DNA from: Octopus vulgaris
Taxonomy: Eukaryota
DNA length: 64,000 bases
Reading direction: 5' to 3'
Assembly: GCA_951406725.2 (NCBI GenBank)
Contig: OX597814.1
Coordinates: forward strand, 12,710,001 to 12,774,000
Within the stretch, counting starts at the first letter, position 1; each line of letters opens with the position of its first letter. The notes beneath the pieces were generated by a model. That model did not search any database. It was given only the letters and a program-made list of their open reading frames with translations, and was not told the DNA's origin. Of this stretch, positions 53,160 through 64,000 are shown one piece after another. Both the position numbers and the translations under genes were made by a program.

Positions 53160-54016
53160 AAATAATTAAGAGACAAAACCTCTATTAGGTAATTCAATTA
53201 ATAGTGAAAGATATTAAATATGATAAATCATATAGAAAGATTTGAATTATATTATAGTAAATATTATTCTAAAAATCACTAAATGAAATGAACATTAAAT
53301 TGATTACGCCCGTTTCGTTATAATATTTAATCGATAATACTAAAATCGATAATATTAAAAGTTTAATTTAATTCGATTGAAAATTAATTCGATTAAAAAA
53401 AATATACCCACTCTCCAGGTCAATAATAATATTAATATTAAATAAATTAAAACTGGTATTCATCAATACGATAAGTTTTGATTTTACTTTTTATTAATAT
53501 TGTTACATTTTATTTGATTATTTATTGTTACGATACATATTTTTCTACATTTATGGTTTAATTTTTATATTTTTTATTTTAGGTTCTTGCTACTTTCTTA
53601 ATTTCACGTTTAAAATTTCAGGTAACTGGTATTCATCAATGAAAATTTTACTTTTCATTAATATTGTTAAATTTTATTAGATTATTTATAGATTATTTAT
53701 TGTTAAGATACATGTATTTCTATATTTATTGTTTAGTTATTATATTTTCATATATTTATATTATTATTATTATTATTGTCCTGACGAGTGGCTATACATT
53801 TTGAAATCGAATTAATATTAACTTTTCATATTATTGATTTTAATATTATCGATTTAAATATATAGTCACGAAACGCGTATAGTTAATTTAATGTTTATTT
53901 AATTTAGTGAGTTTTAGAATAATATATCGAAAATCTTTCTATATGATTTATTATAGATAAAATCTTTCACTATTAATTGAATTACTTAATAGAGGTTTTG
54001 TCTCTTAATTATTTAC
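53159..54016. mobile_element. Long fold-back member related to the 'agagacaaaacc.ctatt' family: ~270-bp diverged arms, ~320-bp spacer, hammerhead in the right arm
   Basis: taaataattaagagacaaaacctctatta (53159) vs taatagaggttttgtctcttaattattta (ending 54015). The spacer has a direct repeat at 53451 and 53624. Confidence 0.8.
53775..53885 (+). ncRNA. Type I hammerhead motif with expanded stem II
   Basis: CTGACGA(53781)-GTGGCTATA...~64 nt...TATAGTCAC-GAAA-CGCG-TA. Stem II has 9 bp, stem III is palindromic, and stem I pairing is poor. Confidence 0.68.
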
Positions 54017-54018
54017 AT

Positions 54019-54085
<67 letters not shown>

Positions 54086-55411
54086 ATAGGGAATATAAAT
54101 TCCAAATTAATAGGGAAAAGTTCAATTAAGCATTACTAAATCAAATTTTTCAATTTATAATATATGTAAATCTTTATATATAGAACTGAAATGCGATTTT
54201 ACCGCTTGGATCGCTTTCAATGCCACTACGACCCGTCCGATTCGCTCCAAAATTTACAGGGACATGTAGAATGAGGTGACGATGCCAGTGGGCTACCTTA
54301 GAAATCCATATCTTAAAAAGGTGTGGTTGCTAGGGGCCATCTTCCTCACTCACGCTATTTCCTATATTACCCTCTCACTTCCCTTCAAAAAGTCCACTCC
54401 CGTTATTTAATGTAAGAACATTTTCACTCACTCTATCTCTTAGCTTCCCATAATTTTTACTCATGTATCTCTATACAGAGAAACAAATATTCCATCGCCA
54501 TCGCCACCGCATTCTATTGTCTACCTGTCATCGACCAAATACAAAGAGAACACACCAACGAGCGTTTATGTGTGTGTGTTCTATATATAAATATGTATAT
54601 ATAATGTACATATACAAAGTGTATATATCTGTATTTATGTATATTAAACTTTTTAATGCTTTTTGATAGTTACGTAAAGGGAACTGGTTGCTTCTTTACA
54701 CTTTTTGGGTGCAATTTGGGTGCGAGACATAATTTTCTCTGTTAATTACGTGACCAACAGGGGTCTAACAGGGGGAAATTATGCCTAAACATGAGCGCAG
54801 CGCATGTGAACATCCGAAGTGCTTTGAGTCGGGAGAAGAATTGAGCTGACGCAGACGTGTTGCAAAACAAGTGAGTACACGTGCAGAACAGAGGTGCATG
54901 AGTGCAATAGGGCTTGCTAGGCTGGAATACAGTGTACAGTATTGAATATCCCAGTGATTAATGCGGTAAGGCTGAGGCTGCCAGCCAGTGCTTGAGCTAT
55001 TATATGCCTCGGTTCTGCAGGAATAAAAGTGTGGCATGCTGGCGCGTTGTAAGGGACAAACAACATTCTCTATGTGACCGACCTAGGGTCTTACAGAGAT
55101 GAGTTGTGTTTACAAGGGCACACTGAGCATTGAAAACAAGCGAGAAAGGCATGTGTAGCGTATGAATGTGACAGAGATAGTGTTTTGCTGTCTGCCTTGA
55201 AGCAGACCTTTCCGTTGTTACTGCCTGATATTTATGATTGATCTTTCTAAATATTTTATTTCTCAACTTACTCAAGATCTTTTGTAGTTTATAAATGGGA
55301 GAGAGATAGATAAAGATAGAGAGTAAGAGAAAGCGAGGGAGAGTCCGAGAGAAAGGAAGAGTAAGAGAGTGAGAAAGTGAGAGAGAAAGGAGAGAGAAAC
55401 AAAGAGGGAGA

Positions 55412-55730
55412 ATCATCATCATCATCATCATCATCATCGTTTAACGTCCGTTTTCTGTGCTAGCACGGGTTGGACAGTTTGACAGGGGTCTGGGAAGCCA
55501 GGAGGCTGCACCAGGCTCCAGTCTGATCTGGCAGTGTTTCTACGGGTGGATGCCCTTCCTAACGCCAACCACTCTGTGAGCGTAGTGGGAGCCTTTTCGT
55601 GCCACCGGCACAGGTGCCAAGGGGGCTGGCAGCGGCCACGATCGGTTGGTGCTTTTTACGTGCCACCAGCACAGAAGCCAGTCAAGGCAGCGCTGCATTC
55701 CGCCACGTTCGGACGGTGCTTTTTACGTGC
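55412..55730 (-). mobile_element. SINE/LINE 3' portion with RTE-type tail and Ceph-domain-like motif
   Basis: Minus strand ggttggcgttaggaagggcatccacccgtagaaa ... aaacggacgttaaac(gat)n. Confidence 0.7.
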
Positions 55731-55817
55731 TGAAAGGAAGCAACAGAAAGTAACAACCACACTCTTACCCGCATGTAGAGCGGGTCACCTTCAGCTAGTA
55801 TATATATTTATATTCAC

Positions 55818-56085
<268 letters not shown>

Positions 56086-57699
56086 ATATATATGTGTGTG
56101 TTTGTATGTATGTTTTTGAAATTCAGTTTGTCTTAAGGACACTTAATCTTTTAATGGATGTTAGCATCCTTTAAATATTTTAAATACCTATATATGTATG
56201 TATACACACACACACGCACATATGTACGTATCTGTATCTATATCTGTCAATCTATCTACCTATTTGTCCATCTATGTATGTATGGATGTTTTTATGTATA
56301 TCTGCCTCTCTCTTGCTCTCTCTCACACGCTATGTATATATATGTATGTATTTATGTATGTATGTATGTATGTATGTATGTATGTATGTATGTATGTATC
56401 TATCTATCTATCTATTTTTCTATGTATCTATATATGTATATATACACATATACTGTTGAGTCTGGTGAGATTCATTCTGTTTTAGCTGAGTGTGTTAAAT
56501 TTCGTTGTGTCTTGAAACCTTTTCAATAGTTGGGGTAAAAATGTTGCAAGACGCAACGAAAATTTTAGAAAAGTAAATAATTAAATGAGTGGAAATTTTA
56601 CCGGTATTAAAGGAGAAAGACTCCCCAGACACAACAGAATATGCTTTAACTCACTAACTCATATAAATCATCTGGCAAACCAAATCCAACAACTATATAT
56701 ATATATATGAATGATATGATTTATCATAGGTTAGTCACAAATGCATTTTCATATATATACTTTTCGGGGTTCGTAAAATGTACCCATACTAAGCGTATAG
56801 TCAAGTTTCTCGACGGTTATTATATTCAAATATTTCGAAGTATCAGTGTTAGATGGATACAAAGTTGAACAAGGTTCAACTCGATAAAATCTGTCCCAGG
56901 GAATTTCTGCAACAGCAAGAATTGCACGTTTAAAATATAATCATTTGAAAATAGTCTCATGGTAGATTGAAAATTGTCTCATGTGAGCTTCACAGAACGC
57001 AGTAGGTCCACGACTGCTGCTATGAATTTGGCAGTCAACATAGAAAGAGATACTCGCGCAGGAAGAGGGAATCCCTATGTAAATCGTAGTCGATAAAGGA
57101 CGACGATGGGTTTCCACCAGGCGATTTTACTATTCTCTCTATTAAAAAAAGGTATAAATTGACATTCAAGCGCTCGCTATAAAGTCAAAACTTTAATTTC
57201 ACGCACACAGACTAATCCACATACATCAACCACTCATGCACACTTTCATACGCAAGTGTATATGTATGTATAATTAAATCTTTCGCATATAAATCAGTTT
57301 CACAAGAAGAAAATTAACTTCATGTGATTTTTATAGCGATCACTGAAAAGTGTATTACACGCCATGCAATCAATCGAATGCTAGATGTATCTTATTGAGT
57401 TCTTAAATAAAAATGTAAATAAGAGTTAACGAAATATCGCAAAAAAACCTGCCCAAAACTTTCGATCACCTACATATATATATATATATATAAATATATA
57501 ATTGCCATTACTCATCAGCAAATTTCTGCTCAAGATACCAATATATGTACATTTATTTATTATCAAGATCTAAATATGTTTCATAATCAGAAATTTCTGT
57601 ATCAGGGGGATACGGTGTTTGCAATAGAATTCCTAACCATACAGTTTTGAATAACAGTTTTGGTTAAATTAAGAATATGTTACAATGAGTGTTATCATG

Positions 57700-58440
57700 T
57701 TGGAGGAGCACGCCATCGTGTTGGCTGGGTCGTTTCAGCTTTAGCTACGTTCAACCGGTTTATTTGCTGAACGTAAAGATCTCCATGGCCGTGTGATTGT
57801 TTTCAAGCATTTCATAGTGGATGAGCTCTTTGCAATACTACCAGACACATTTTCTAGCGTAAATGCATCCCTGTCTTGGCTTTTGCTTTTTTGTCGGGAC
57901 TCAGTCATTCGTCCGTCTTCATATTGATGGAAAACCCCATTTTATGATGCAGTAATGATATATGTCTACGAGTAGCCTTATATTGAATGAACAAACAGGT
58001 GGTGTTATAGGAGCGCTGGATTTTTTTGTTTCATTTCGAGGCTGTGATACCATGTACCACATTTCGGACATTACCCTTTCAGTGAGTGTGGCAAGGAACG
58101 TTATCATGACAGCGTCTCGTTTGCTGCACCAACTCCCCGTTGTGGATCTTTATTGAAATGAATTGATCGGCAAGATCCCAAAGAGACAGGGCTGTCTAAT
58201 TCCCTTTCCCATATCTGTGTAGATCTTGTAGTAATATAACTTCTCCTTATACAGCACAAATGTTTTCATCAGTAGGAAACTGGGCTGAAATAGATGCGAT
58301 GCAAGTGTCAAAAATGTTCATTGTTTTCTAATCTGCTCTCCATCTTCTTATATTGAAGGAAGTTGAAATTTAATTCCTGTTTGAGAAAAGTTAGACAAAA
58401 TTTGTAGATGAAGATCTGAGCTGCAAAAATGCATAAAGCA
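57700..58440 (-). mobile_element. Possible decayed pogo/Tigger-like transposase
   Basis: Minus-strand HDNVPCH (about 58086-58108) resembles DNAPCH, followed by a P.NTT-like stretch. Weak. Confidence 0.3.
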
Positions 58441-58524
58441 CTAATGACTAAAGTATTTTTGCTGTCAATTCAGAAGCATTGAAAACAAACGAGCGAATCC
58501 ACCTGCTAACCATACATATATTAA

Positions 58525-58566
<42 letters not shown>

Positions 58567-61500
58567 GTACATATATAAGCGTATATAACCATATACATAC
58601 ATATATGTACGTGTGTGTGTATCTATTTTTATGTAATAATGTTTGTCCATTCAACGTAACATATTATTTGTTAATTTGCTAAATAATGATATTTAGCGTT
58701 CGTATATATTTATAAAAAAATGTAGTATTCAAAATACTCATCACTGACAGGCGATCAATTACATAAAACTCTGCGTAGCAGTTTTAGTACTACAACTTCA
58801 ATAAAACCTATTTTACTATACCTTGTATACATGTATATGACATTTACAGGCTTGTATTAAAAAAACCCCAGATATTTAGACCCGGTGCTATATAAAACTT
58901 CACGAGCACAAAAATGATGTCTCTGGGGAGCAATCCAAAGAAAAGCTCGAATATATTTCTATTGTCCAGTATTTATTGACCAGTCAAAAATTACCGCTTC
59001 GTCCCGACCAATAAGAATTAATGCAACAGACGTCTACTGTTAAAGAAACTTTTGTGTAACATTGACTGATTTTACTCATTTGCATATCAATACATTTGCC
59101 AGTGTCATGTTAATTAACTAAAGTCCTGTGCCAGCGAGGGAATGTTGGTAAATTGTAAGTTAGATGCATAGGTTTAATACACCTACATCAAAAATTGGCT
59201 GCCGAAGTAGTCTACATGCAAGATAGAGTGTGCAAAATGATCTATGATAATTGATACAGATATTTCGGAATTCCGGATGATTAATGTGATAAGTTGTACA
59301 TTACATTTATACTATAAATAAATTTATTGCTGATGGTTGCAATTACGGTTGATAGTAGTCTATGTCGACAAGCGAGATTATATAAATTATGCGAGCTTTT
59401 ATAGGAGTGTATATGTGTTTGCGTTTGAATGTGTGTGTGTTCTGTTTTATATATGGATTTGTGCGTAGGTAGGCGCGAATGTTGATGTTAATTAGAAAAT
59501 ATTTAAGGTAATAAAATGTGGTTCCTGCTTATAAAATATTGAGGATATTATCACAGATGTGGATTTCAACGAACTTGTAAATAAATCTAACTTAACAGTC
59601 AATCAATAATGCCTCTGACAAGATAAATACATATGGTAAATAATTCAATGGAAAGTAGCTAAGCTATTAGATCATCTGGTTAAAAGCGTTAGATTATTCC
59701 ATTTTGTGTCTTTGACGTTAAATTGGAAGTTTGCTGCTATTTGAATTTTTAACTCACTGCGAATTTATTTAAATATTAATAAAATATATTTACAGTGATC
59801 CGGTAATCAAACCCATCTTTTATTAAATATTTAAACCTGTAATCATGTATGTATGTATGTATATATGCATATGTGCGCATTCACACATGTGTACATACAC
59901 ACACGTCTACTCACACATAAATACATACGTACATACACACACATACGCGCGCACACACACACACATGCATGATGCACGCACACTCACACCTATTTATACA
60001 TGCATACACGCACAACATTCATATAAACGTCAGCAATATAAGGCCTATAGATATCTGTAATCATTACACTATATAACAATTTGTTCTTAGGAAGTAGCTG
60101 TTATTTGCTTGTGTTGAAATATTTTATAAAATATATTGTTTGTGATTTAGATATAGATATTCCCTAGAGAAAATGGGAAAATCCGCAAGGACTAGTAAGG
60201 ACAAGATAGTAATAAAATGTATGTATATTTAGGATAGACGAACGTGGGAGTAAATGTTTAGCAATGCGTAGTCTTTCAAGATTTTGCTATTGAAATGTAA
60301 ACCACTTTCACGTATTAGCTCCAATCATATCTTACTCTTTATATTTTATTATGGCATATATTCCCCATGGTAGTGGTGTTTAAAGTCAAGTATATAGTGT
60401 GGGAAACACTAGCATTTCAACTCTGTGTACACACCCAAGTCATACTTGCAACGATGAAGTTGAGAATCAAAGGTATCTATGTAAATTAACATCCTGAAGT
60501 CTATTCTACCGTACCATTCGCCACACTGTCTTGCCAAAGCACAGAATGCTAAGAATCGTTACAACACTGTGTATATTAGAGAATTCGTGCAATTCTCGAT
60601 TTTTCCCAAAAGAATCCGCATTGATCTTTGCTTCACACAGCTTAGGAAAGAAGCTTGGAGGTATGAGTGTTCTACCAAAAGAAGCATAAATGCTACGTAT
60701 TTCATCGGCGCCGAAAGGATGAAACGTAAAGTTGAACGAAATGTCGTTAAGGATGTTACCCGGTGTGTTAACGATTCTGCCAGATTGGCCTTATTTCTGC
60801 ATCTATATTATCATATATCTCCATCATTCATTACAGGTTATAACATCAAATATGTTCCTGCTTCCATCTGTTAAAATAAGGGAAATTCTAAATTGTAGTA
60901 TTGCGAAAAATTTAAAGCATTTCTTCCGTTGTATATTCTTAATCGCATCTATATTAGTTTTATTCTTCATACCATGTTTGTTTTTATCTAGCGGCTTTTG
61001 TTTTGTCATTAACAAAATCTAAAAATATATTTGCAGCACCACTAAATATTGATTAATTTATGTTTTATCTAATATATTAGATAAGGCAATATGTATACAC
61101 ATATGTGTTTACATAGTTGTGTTTGAATGTTTAGATACAATGTAATTTCCTTTGTCTTAAACCTACCTCAATTTATCTTAGACATATACCAAATTAGTTT
61201 CAAATATCTACGTTGGGATCTTTTTGCGTCTTTAAATAATTAATTAAAATATACTTTACTTGAAGTAGTTATCGGAAACTTGAAAATTTCACTGTTTGTA
61301 TAGTAACATCACTGACAAAACAGGCCAATATTCTATTCTTTTTGTTATTTCGTTACTATGTATATATTCCTGTTTCTTGCCACTAACAGATAAATAATAC
61401 ATATTCCTGTTTCTTGTAATTAACAGATGAATTCTGGAATCAATCACCAATTTATGCACTTTAAGTAGATTTATCTGTTTTAAAAGAAGAGTGTTTTAAC

Positions 61501-62372
61501 CATTAAAATCCGATATACTGAAACTCGATTGCTATAGTGGTCATCTAAGTCACGTTGTTTCTTGCTTTGTACAGAGCTACCGTCTCCAGGTTCTCCGTCG
61601 TAATCGGTAACATTTTGGGTGTTTCAAACTGAGCTTTTCGACTTTTCAATGTCTAGTAGTATAATTGTTTCATTCTATTGCCCAAGTCAGGTTTAATCTT
61701 GAATTTGTTATTCTCAGATCCGAGATGCTTACTCGTGCCGCTCGAGATAATGTATATATAGATTCAATGATACCTGATTTAATCTCTAACCCACAAAATC
61801 ACCCTCGTTTATTTATGTTTAAAGGAAATATTCACTATGTTGTTGTCTTGTAAAACCAAAAGTAAGCGGAACTACGATCTTAAAACTGTTGTTATTTATG
61901 GTTTTAGGTTCGATATTCTTGTAAATACATCACTAGGCCTTGTATACCCGAACGGGACAGCATAAATTCATTAGGAAACGATGAAAATGCAGCGGATCCC
62001 CCATCACCGAATTTTGGATCTAAAATCCCTACATTGATGAACCATTGATCTACGAGATAATGCCCTAGTTAATGTATTGACTAAGAGATAAGCGTAACAG
62101 TTTCTTGGTTAACTTGATAATCTACTCTTTAAGGTGTGTCCATGAAGTTGCCTATTTGAGATCGCTGGGCATGGCACTAATATGAAAATAAAAATCTATC
62201 TGAAACTGATTTCATCACAACTAGAAGTGGCCACACTGGGTAAAATGGAACGTCTTGTCTGTAACTCGACCAAAGGTCTGTTTAATCGGAACTGACGCAA
62301 CAATAAACAAAAACAACAACGTCAACTGCGACAACAACAGCCACAACTATATATTATTGGGTGCTTATTATA

Positions 62373-62600
62373 AGGCGGTGAGCTGGCAGAAACGTTAGCA
62401 CGCTGGTCGAAATGCGTAGCCGTATTTCGTCTGCCGCTACGTTCTGAGTTCAAATTCCGCCAGGGTCGACTTTGCCTTTCATCCTTTCGGGGTCGATAAA
62501 TTAAGTACCAGTTACGCACTGGGGTCGATGTAATCGACTTAATTCATTTGTCTGTCTTTGTTTGTCCTCTCTGTGTGTAGCCCCTTGTGGATAGTAAAAA
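62373..62600 (+). mobile_element. SINE family C with 19-bp flanking duplication
   Basis: Full head and body. TATATATTATTGGGTGCTT occurs at 62348 and 62605. Confidence 0.93.
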
Positions 62601-63212
62601 AACATATATATTATTGGGTGCTTTTTTGTTATTTCACTCATTTTAAGGCTAACATTGATTTTAACTTATTGGTGCTACGGTTCCGAGGCTGAACACGGAA
62701 TGTTGTTTCTTCCGCCTTAGCTTTGACTGAGGGGATCCATGATTTGCAGAATTGCAGTACACTTTTAAATAGGTAATGGAATGACCCATTGTATGAAGTG
62801 GGTGATGATGGGTTGACCTGACATACATAGTAGAGTAACAGGAAAATGTCGGGATATGCGATGCCCGGCTAGTAGGTGGTGTATTTTTCTCTATGCATAA
62901 TGCACCGCAATTTTGTAGATGATGCAATGTCAGAAAATGGAAGATGTACAGTAGAATTCTCGGGAAATATGGTGATGATTGCAGAGTTCTTATTGCTGAG
63001 ACAACTTTTGCATCGTGTATGAGTTTAAATAAAAGTGCCTGTGTGTGTTTAGCTGGGTGCTGTTGAATTTTTAACAATCTGTTTGCTGTAGATCCTATCA
63101 TATTTCAAGTAGAAAAGAGGTGATACTAGACAGATAAGGGCGATTATGGAGTTGAAATTTGGAGCTCGTAGATGAATTTGCTTCAGTGGGTGTTGAAAGG
63201 TGGATGTTGAGT

Positions 63213-63285
<73 letters not shown>
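63213..63285. repeat. (GA)n microsatellite
   Basis: Directly visible. Confidence 0.97.
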
Positions 63286-63288
<3 letters not shown>

Positions 63289-63589
63289 ACGAAAGAGGTT
63301 GAGAGAGTGAAAGAGTTTCCAAAAACCTACTCCAAAATCCACTTAAATTTAGTAAAGCATATACAGTCGTCACTAACAGCGATACAGACATCATACTGAA
63401 TGCAACGATAATTCGTATTCGGTGAAAAAGAATGAGGATGAGTTATTTGGTGTCTAGAAGTAATACGTAACAAAAACCGGGCATGATATAAATTAGATGA
63501 AGAAAAATTATGCACAATATTTAGTCATCTTAAATTAAAAACTACAATTAGCACTAAAAGTTAATTTGTAAGACGTTAGTATGAATATA

Positions 63590-64000
63590 GGTCGTCTTCC
63601 TCCTTCCTCTCCTGGTTCTGCCTTCCATTGGTTGCCAGAGAACTAACATTGTTAGCAATCTCATCGGCATGTCCGGTTCAGTGTCCAGCTAGCCTCATCT
63701 TTCTATGCTGTATCTTCAATGTTACTTTTGGTAGTTCCTGGTATATGTCGGTGTTTGTTGTATGACTCGTCCAGGAGACATGGAGTGCCATTCTTATCAT
63801 CCTCATATAACAACCGTTCAACTGTTTCTTCAATGATTTAGTGAGCTTTCACGTTTCAGTCTCGTATAACAACCTTTCAACTGTTTCTTCAATGATTTAG
63901 TGAGCTTTCATGTTTCAGTCTCGTATACAAACAGAGTTCATTGTTGTCAGAAACAAACTAACCTTTAATTTCCTTGCTAACTTTAAACTCTATACATTTC
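63590..64000 (-). mobile_element. RTE-clade LINE RT C-terminal fragment (continues beyond the window)
   Basis: Minus strand LYETET*KLTKSLKKQLNGCYMRMIRMALHVSWTSHTTN.DIY...KIQHRKMRLAGH...LWQPMEGRTRRGR. A 59-bp-period tandem duplication lies at 63818-63928. Confidence 0.88.

Overview
AT-rich eukaryotic DNA dominated by repeats, with no intact host gene that I can support. The SINE families resemble octopus (coleoid cephalopod) repeats, which is recognition from memory, not a search result. Almost all listed ORFs are translated microsatellites or decayed transposons. The window holds Tc1, mariner, hAT and Helitron DNA-transposon remnants, and several Penelope-like elements (PLEs, Naiad-type and Neptune-type). 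It also holds fragments of R4/Dong-, Tx1/L1-, RTE- and probably Rex-type LINEs, about 20 tRNA-derived SINE copies and long (TA)n, (CTAT)n and (AAT)n tracts. The most notable signal is a dense set of type I hammerhead ribozyme motifs: 7 loci with a recognisable fold plus several decayed ones. They sit in short non-coding modules that differ in sequence, mostly beside (TA)n. Nearly all keep a palindromic stem III. Several are duplicated into near-perfect ~200-bp fold-back palindromes, and one is joined to a tRNA-like Pol III head.
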